Assembly (NCBI GenBank): GCA_000438075.1
Contig: FR903546.1
Coordinates: 82,996 to 146,995 of the forward strand
Direction: 5' to 3'
DNA length: 64,000 nt
Source of the DNA: Clostridium sp. CAG:609
GTDB taxonomy: Bacteria; Bacillota_I; Bacilli_A; RF39; UBA660
The position numbers and the translations under genes are program-made. Below are positions 61,644 to 64,000 of this stretch, one piece after another. Under the pieces are notes generated by a model, which was not told the DNA's origin, made no database searches, and was given only the letters and a program-made list of their open reading frames with translations. Position 1 is the first letter of the stretch, and the number at the start of each line of letters is the position of its first letter.

Positions 61644-61806
61644 CTTTTTTGTTTAAAGTTCTAGCTTCTCTAGCACTAATGATAACTTTTTCTCCATTGA
61701 TTGTCTTCTTTTGTAAATTTGGTTTTTGTTTCATCTTAGTTGCATTTAAAGCATGTGATCTTCTATTACCAGTTAAAGGTTTTTTTGTAGTTACTTTTGT
61801 AGCCAT
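61636..61806 (-). CDS. rpmB: 50S ribosomal protein L28
   Basis: Not in the ORF track (56 aa). It reads MATKVTTKKPLTGNRRSHALNATKMKQKPNLQKKTINGEKVIISAREARTLNKKAA and contains the L28 core GN.RSHA.N.TK...PNLQ. GGAG lies 9 nt upstream. Confidence 0.9.
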   Translation of the reverse strand: MATKVTTKKPLTGNRRSHALNATKMKQKPNLQKKTINGEKVIISAREARTLNKKAA

Positions 61807-61873
61807 CTTTTTTTACTCCTTTTTCGTTTACTTATTAATTTTAACAATATATTTGAAGTTTGTCAAATATTAC

Positions 61874-62503
61874 TTATGTTTTTACCCTTAAATTTGGAAA
61901 TTTTTCTTCAATTTCACTATTTTTATACGTTTTATCTATATATTTATCTATTTTTGTAGTAGGAGCAATACCTCTTTTTCTTTTAGAATATCTATTTACT
62001 ATACCTGTTGTTTTACTAATATCAAAGATTAAAAATAAAAAAATAAGTATTGTTACCACTTTCAAAGGTCTTGAATAAATATTATTAAAACCACTTGTGT
62101 ATAACTTAAGTCCCCATTTAATCCATATACTTGATAAAACACCCCAAGTAATTGATGCCACAATATTTATTCTTCCTGTATTATATGTCCATGTACTTGT
62201 ATGTAAAACATATTCTTGAAAAATAGATGCTAAATATTCAAAAATTGTACAAATTACAAAACTTCCAACAAAAGTAATTAATATGTTTTTATCTTGAAAC
62301 TTATAAAAGAAAAATGTTAAAAGTAAAATACCTATTCCATAAATAGGTTTAAGTACCATATGCCATAACCCAGGTTTAGTAATTATTCTTTTTTCTTTAA
62401 TAGAGATAAGTACTGATTCAAAGATAAAACCAAATAATGATCCGATTATAAAAAGACACACTATGTAATAAAATAATTTTTTCTTATCCATAATATTCAC
62501 CAA
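61874..62503 (-). CDS. polytopic membrane protein (resembles the 'putative ABC-transporter type IV' PF06541 family)
   Basis: Six hydrophobic segments and an N-terminal GSLFGFIFES pattern. Confidence 0.5.
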   Translation of the reverse strand: MVNIMDKKKLFYYIVCLFIIGSLFGFIFESVLISIKEKRIITKPGLWHMVLKPIYGIGILLLTFFFYKFQDKNILITFVGSFVICTIFEYLASIFQEYVLHTSTWTYNTGRINIVASITWGVLSSIWIKWGLKLYTSGFNNIYSRPLKVVTILIFLFLIFDISKTTGIVNRYSKRKRGIAPTTKIDKYIDKTYKNSEIEEKFPNLRVKT

Positions 62504-62598
62504 TTATAGTATGGATTAATTTATAAATTCCATACTTGTTCGCTTGACGTAACAACTAAAAATAGATATAATTAATTTAAGAAAGAAAGGTGAACACC

Positions 62599-63561
62599 AT
62601 GGAATTAAAAAATATGAAATTTATAGATTTATTTGCAGGTATTGGTGGTTTTAGATATGCTCTTGAAAGCCTTGGTTGCACATGTGTGTTCTCTTCAGAA
62701 TGGGATAAATTTTGTAAGATGAGTTACACTCTCAATTTTAAAGAAACACCCCATGGTGATATTACTAAAATAGATGAAAAAGATATTCCAAAGTTTGATA
62801 TTTTATGTGCAGGTTTTCCTTGTCAACCATTTAGTATCTCTGGAAATCAAAAAGGATTCGGTGATACACGAGGAACATTATTCTTTGATATAGCAAGAAT
62901 AGTAAAATATCATAAACCGAAAGTTATATTATTAGAAAATGTTAAAAATTTAAAAGCTCATAATGGCGGTGCAACATTTAATGTCATTTCAACTGTTTTA
63001 AAAAATCTAAATTACAACATATATTATAAGGTTCTAAATGCCAAGAATTTTGGATTACCCCAAAATAGGGAAAGAATAGCTATCGTTTGCATCAGAGAAG
63101 ATATTGACAGTGGAAAATTTAAATTTCCCAAAGAATATGATAATTTCATTACCATTTCAGATATAAAGGAAGATGATAGTAAAACAAAAAAGTACTTAAT
63201 TACCAGAAGTGATATTTACATTAATAGTGAAAAATTAAAAGATGCAATAGAAAATGGAAAGGTTAATAAACCTGTTCAAATAGGTATCATTGGTAAAGGT
63301 GGTCAAGGTAACAGAATTTATCATGAAAATGGAATTGGTATAACACTAGCTGCATCAAGTGGAGGAGCAGCATCAAAAACCGGAGCTTATTACATTAATG
63401 GAAAAGTAAGAAAATTATCACCAAGAGAAGCAGCAAGATTACAAGGTTTCCCGGAAGACTTTATAATCATAGATAATGAAACTCAAGCATTAAAACAATT
63501 TGGAAATAGCATACCAATTAATTTATTGAAGGAAGTTTTTTCTGGACTTAAAGACATATAG
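62599..63561 (+). CDS. DNA (cytosine-5)-methyltransferase, M.HhaI-like (probable GCGC specificity)
   Basis: C5-MTase motifs FAGIGG (I), GFPCQPFS (IV), ENV (VI), QNRER (VIII) and GNS (X). The target-recognition region GKGGQGNRIY...TLAASSGGAASKTGAYY closely resembles M.HhaI as I recall it. Confidence 0.9.
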   Translation: MELKNMKFIDLFAGIGGFRYALESLGCTCVFSSEWDKFCKMSYTLNFKETPHGDITKIDEKDIPKFDILCAGFPCQPFSISGNQKGFGDTRGTLFFDIARIVKYHKPKVILLENVKNLKAHNGGATFNVISTVLKNLNYNIYYKVLNAKNFGLPQNRERIAIVCIREDIDSGKFKFPKEYDNFITISDIKEDDSKTKKYLITRSDIYINSEKLKDAIENGKVNKPVQIGIIGKGGQGNRIYHENGIGITLAASSGGAASKTGAYYINGKVRKLSPREAARLQGFPEDFIIIDNETQALKQFGNSIPINLLKEVFSGLKDI

Positions 63562-63571
63562 GGAGGTTTAC

Positions 63572-64000
63572 ATGGGAGATTGGAAAGAATTTGAAAAATT
63601 AAGTGTTGATTTTTTAAAAAGTAATATAAGAAATAAAGATATAAGTATAAAACATTTTGGAAACTCAGACAGCACAAAGTCAGATATTTTAGTTACATTT
63701 AATAAAAGTGGCAAAAGCTTTTATATAGAAACGAAGATGCCCACATCACAAACTTCACAATTTGTTGTTGAATTAGATGATAATAAATTTGTATATGGAA
63801 AAAACAATACGTTCAAAACAAATGAATATTCAGAAAAAATAATAGATTTATTAAATAAAAACTTTGATTATTATAAAAACGTCGGAAAACGAGGAATAAA
63901 AGTTTCAGTACCTCCAGATATTGCACTTGGATGGATTAAATCAAACATGAATAATAAAAATGTTAAATTTGTAATGTCCAAAGATAGCAAGGGCAAAATT
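63572..64000 (+). CDS. probable type II restriction endonuclease, 3' end outside window
   Basis: The frame is open from ATG 63572 (GGGAGG 5 nt upstream) to the window edge, 10 nt after the methyltransferase stop. PD-ExK-like SDILV...FYIETK. Confidence 0.6.
   Translation, partial: MGDWKEFEKLSVDFLKSNIRNKDISIKHFGNSDSTKSDILVTFNKSGKSFYIETKMPTSQTSQFVVELDDNKFVYGKNNTFKTNEYSEKIIDLLNKNFDYYKNVGKRGIKVSVPPDIALGWIKSNMNNKNVKFVMSKDSKGKI

Overview
This is an AT-rich chromosomal segment, roughly 27-30% G+C by eye, from a low-GC Gram-positive bacterium (Bacillota). The gene order resembles Erysipelotrichia or Clostridia, but it cannot be placed more precisely without a database search. TGA is a genuine stop codon here (standard code 11).

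Most of the window is + strand housekeeping genes:
- mutS (5' end cut by the window edge), lon, murF, tgt
- ireB-ruvX-DUF1292-mltG-trmR-U32-U32-greA-tig
- mnmA, cdsA-rseP, PBP-mraY-ftsW
- T-box-controlled valS
- a PlsC/acyl-CoA-ligase/PlsC lipid cluster
- rpmB, which the ORF track missed
- two tRNAs (CAT and Leu-UAG)

The accessory content is more interesting:
1. A ~200 bp GC-rich cassette encodes the last 61 aa of a 538-aa surface protein (11734..13350). A second orphan copy lies at 29445..29627, next to an IS. The two copies share identical flanks around an 81-nt block with 31 differences, 27 of them at codon positions 1 and 2. That pattern matches the variable region of a diversity-generating retroelement, or alternatively a silent-cassette gene-conversion system. 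No reverse transcriptase or template repeat is present in the window. A third, AT-rich, stop-interrupted relic of the same domain sits between mraY and ftsW.
2. A tightly coupled four-gene operon (41399..46758) encodes an unknown protein, a membrane-anchored McrB-like AAA+ protein, a McrC/DUF2357-like protein with no clear nuclease, and a membrane protein with large extracytoplasmic DxDGDG/Cys repeats. It is a candidate uncharacterised McrBC-derived envelope-associated system.
3. A 29-aa hydrophobic peptide gene lies next to the tRNAs, with a consensus promoter and a perfect 15-bp 5'/3' inverted repeat. It looks like a type I toxin.
4. An M.HhaI-like C5-methyltransferase is followed by a partial PD-ExK endonuclease.
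5. A modular type IV pilin carries a vWA domain.
6. There is also an IS element, an Rpn-like nuclease and a Fic protein.

No CRISPR array, rRNA or prophage was seen.
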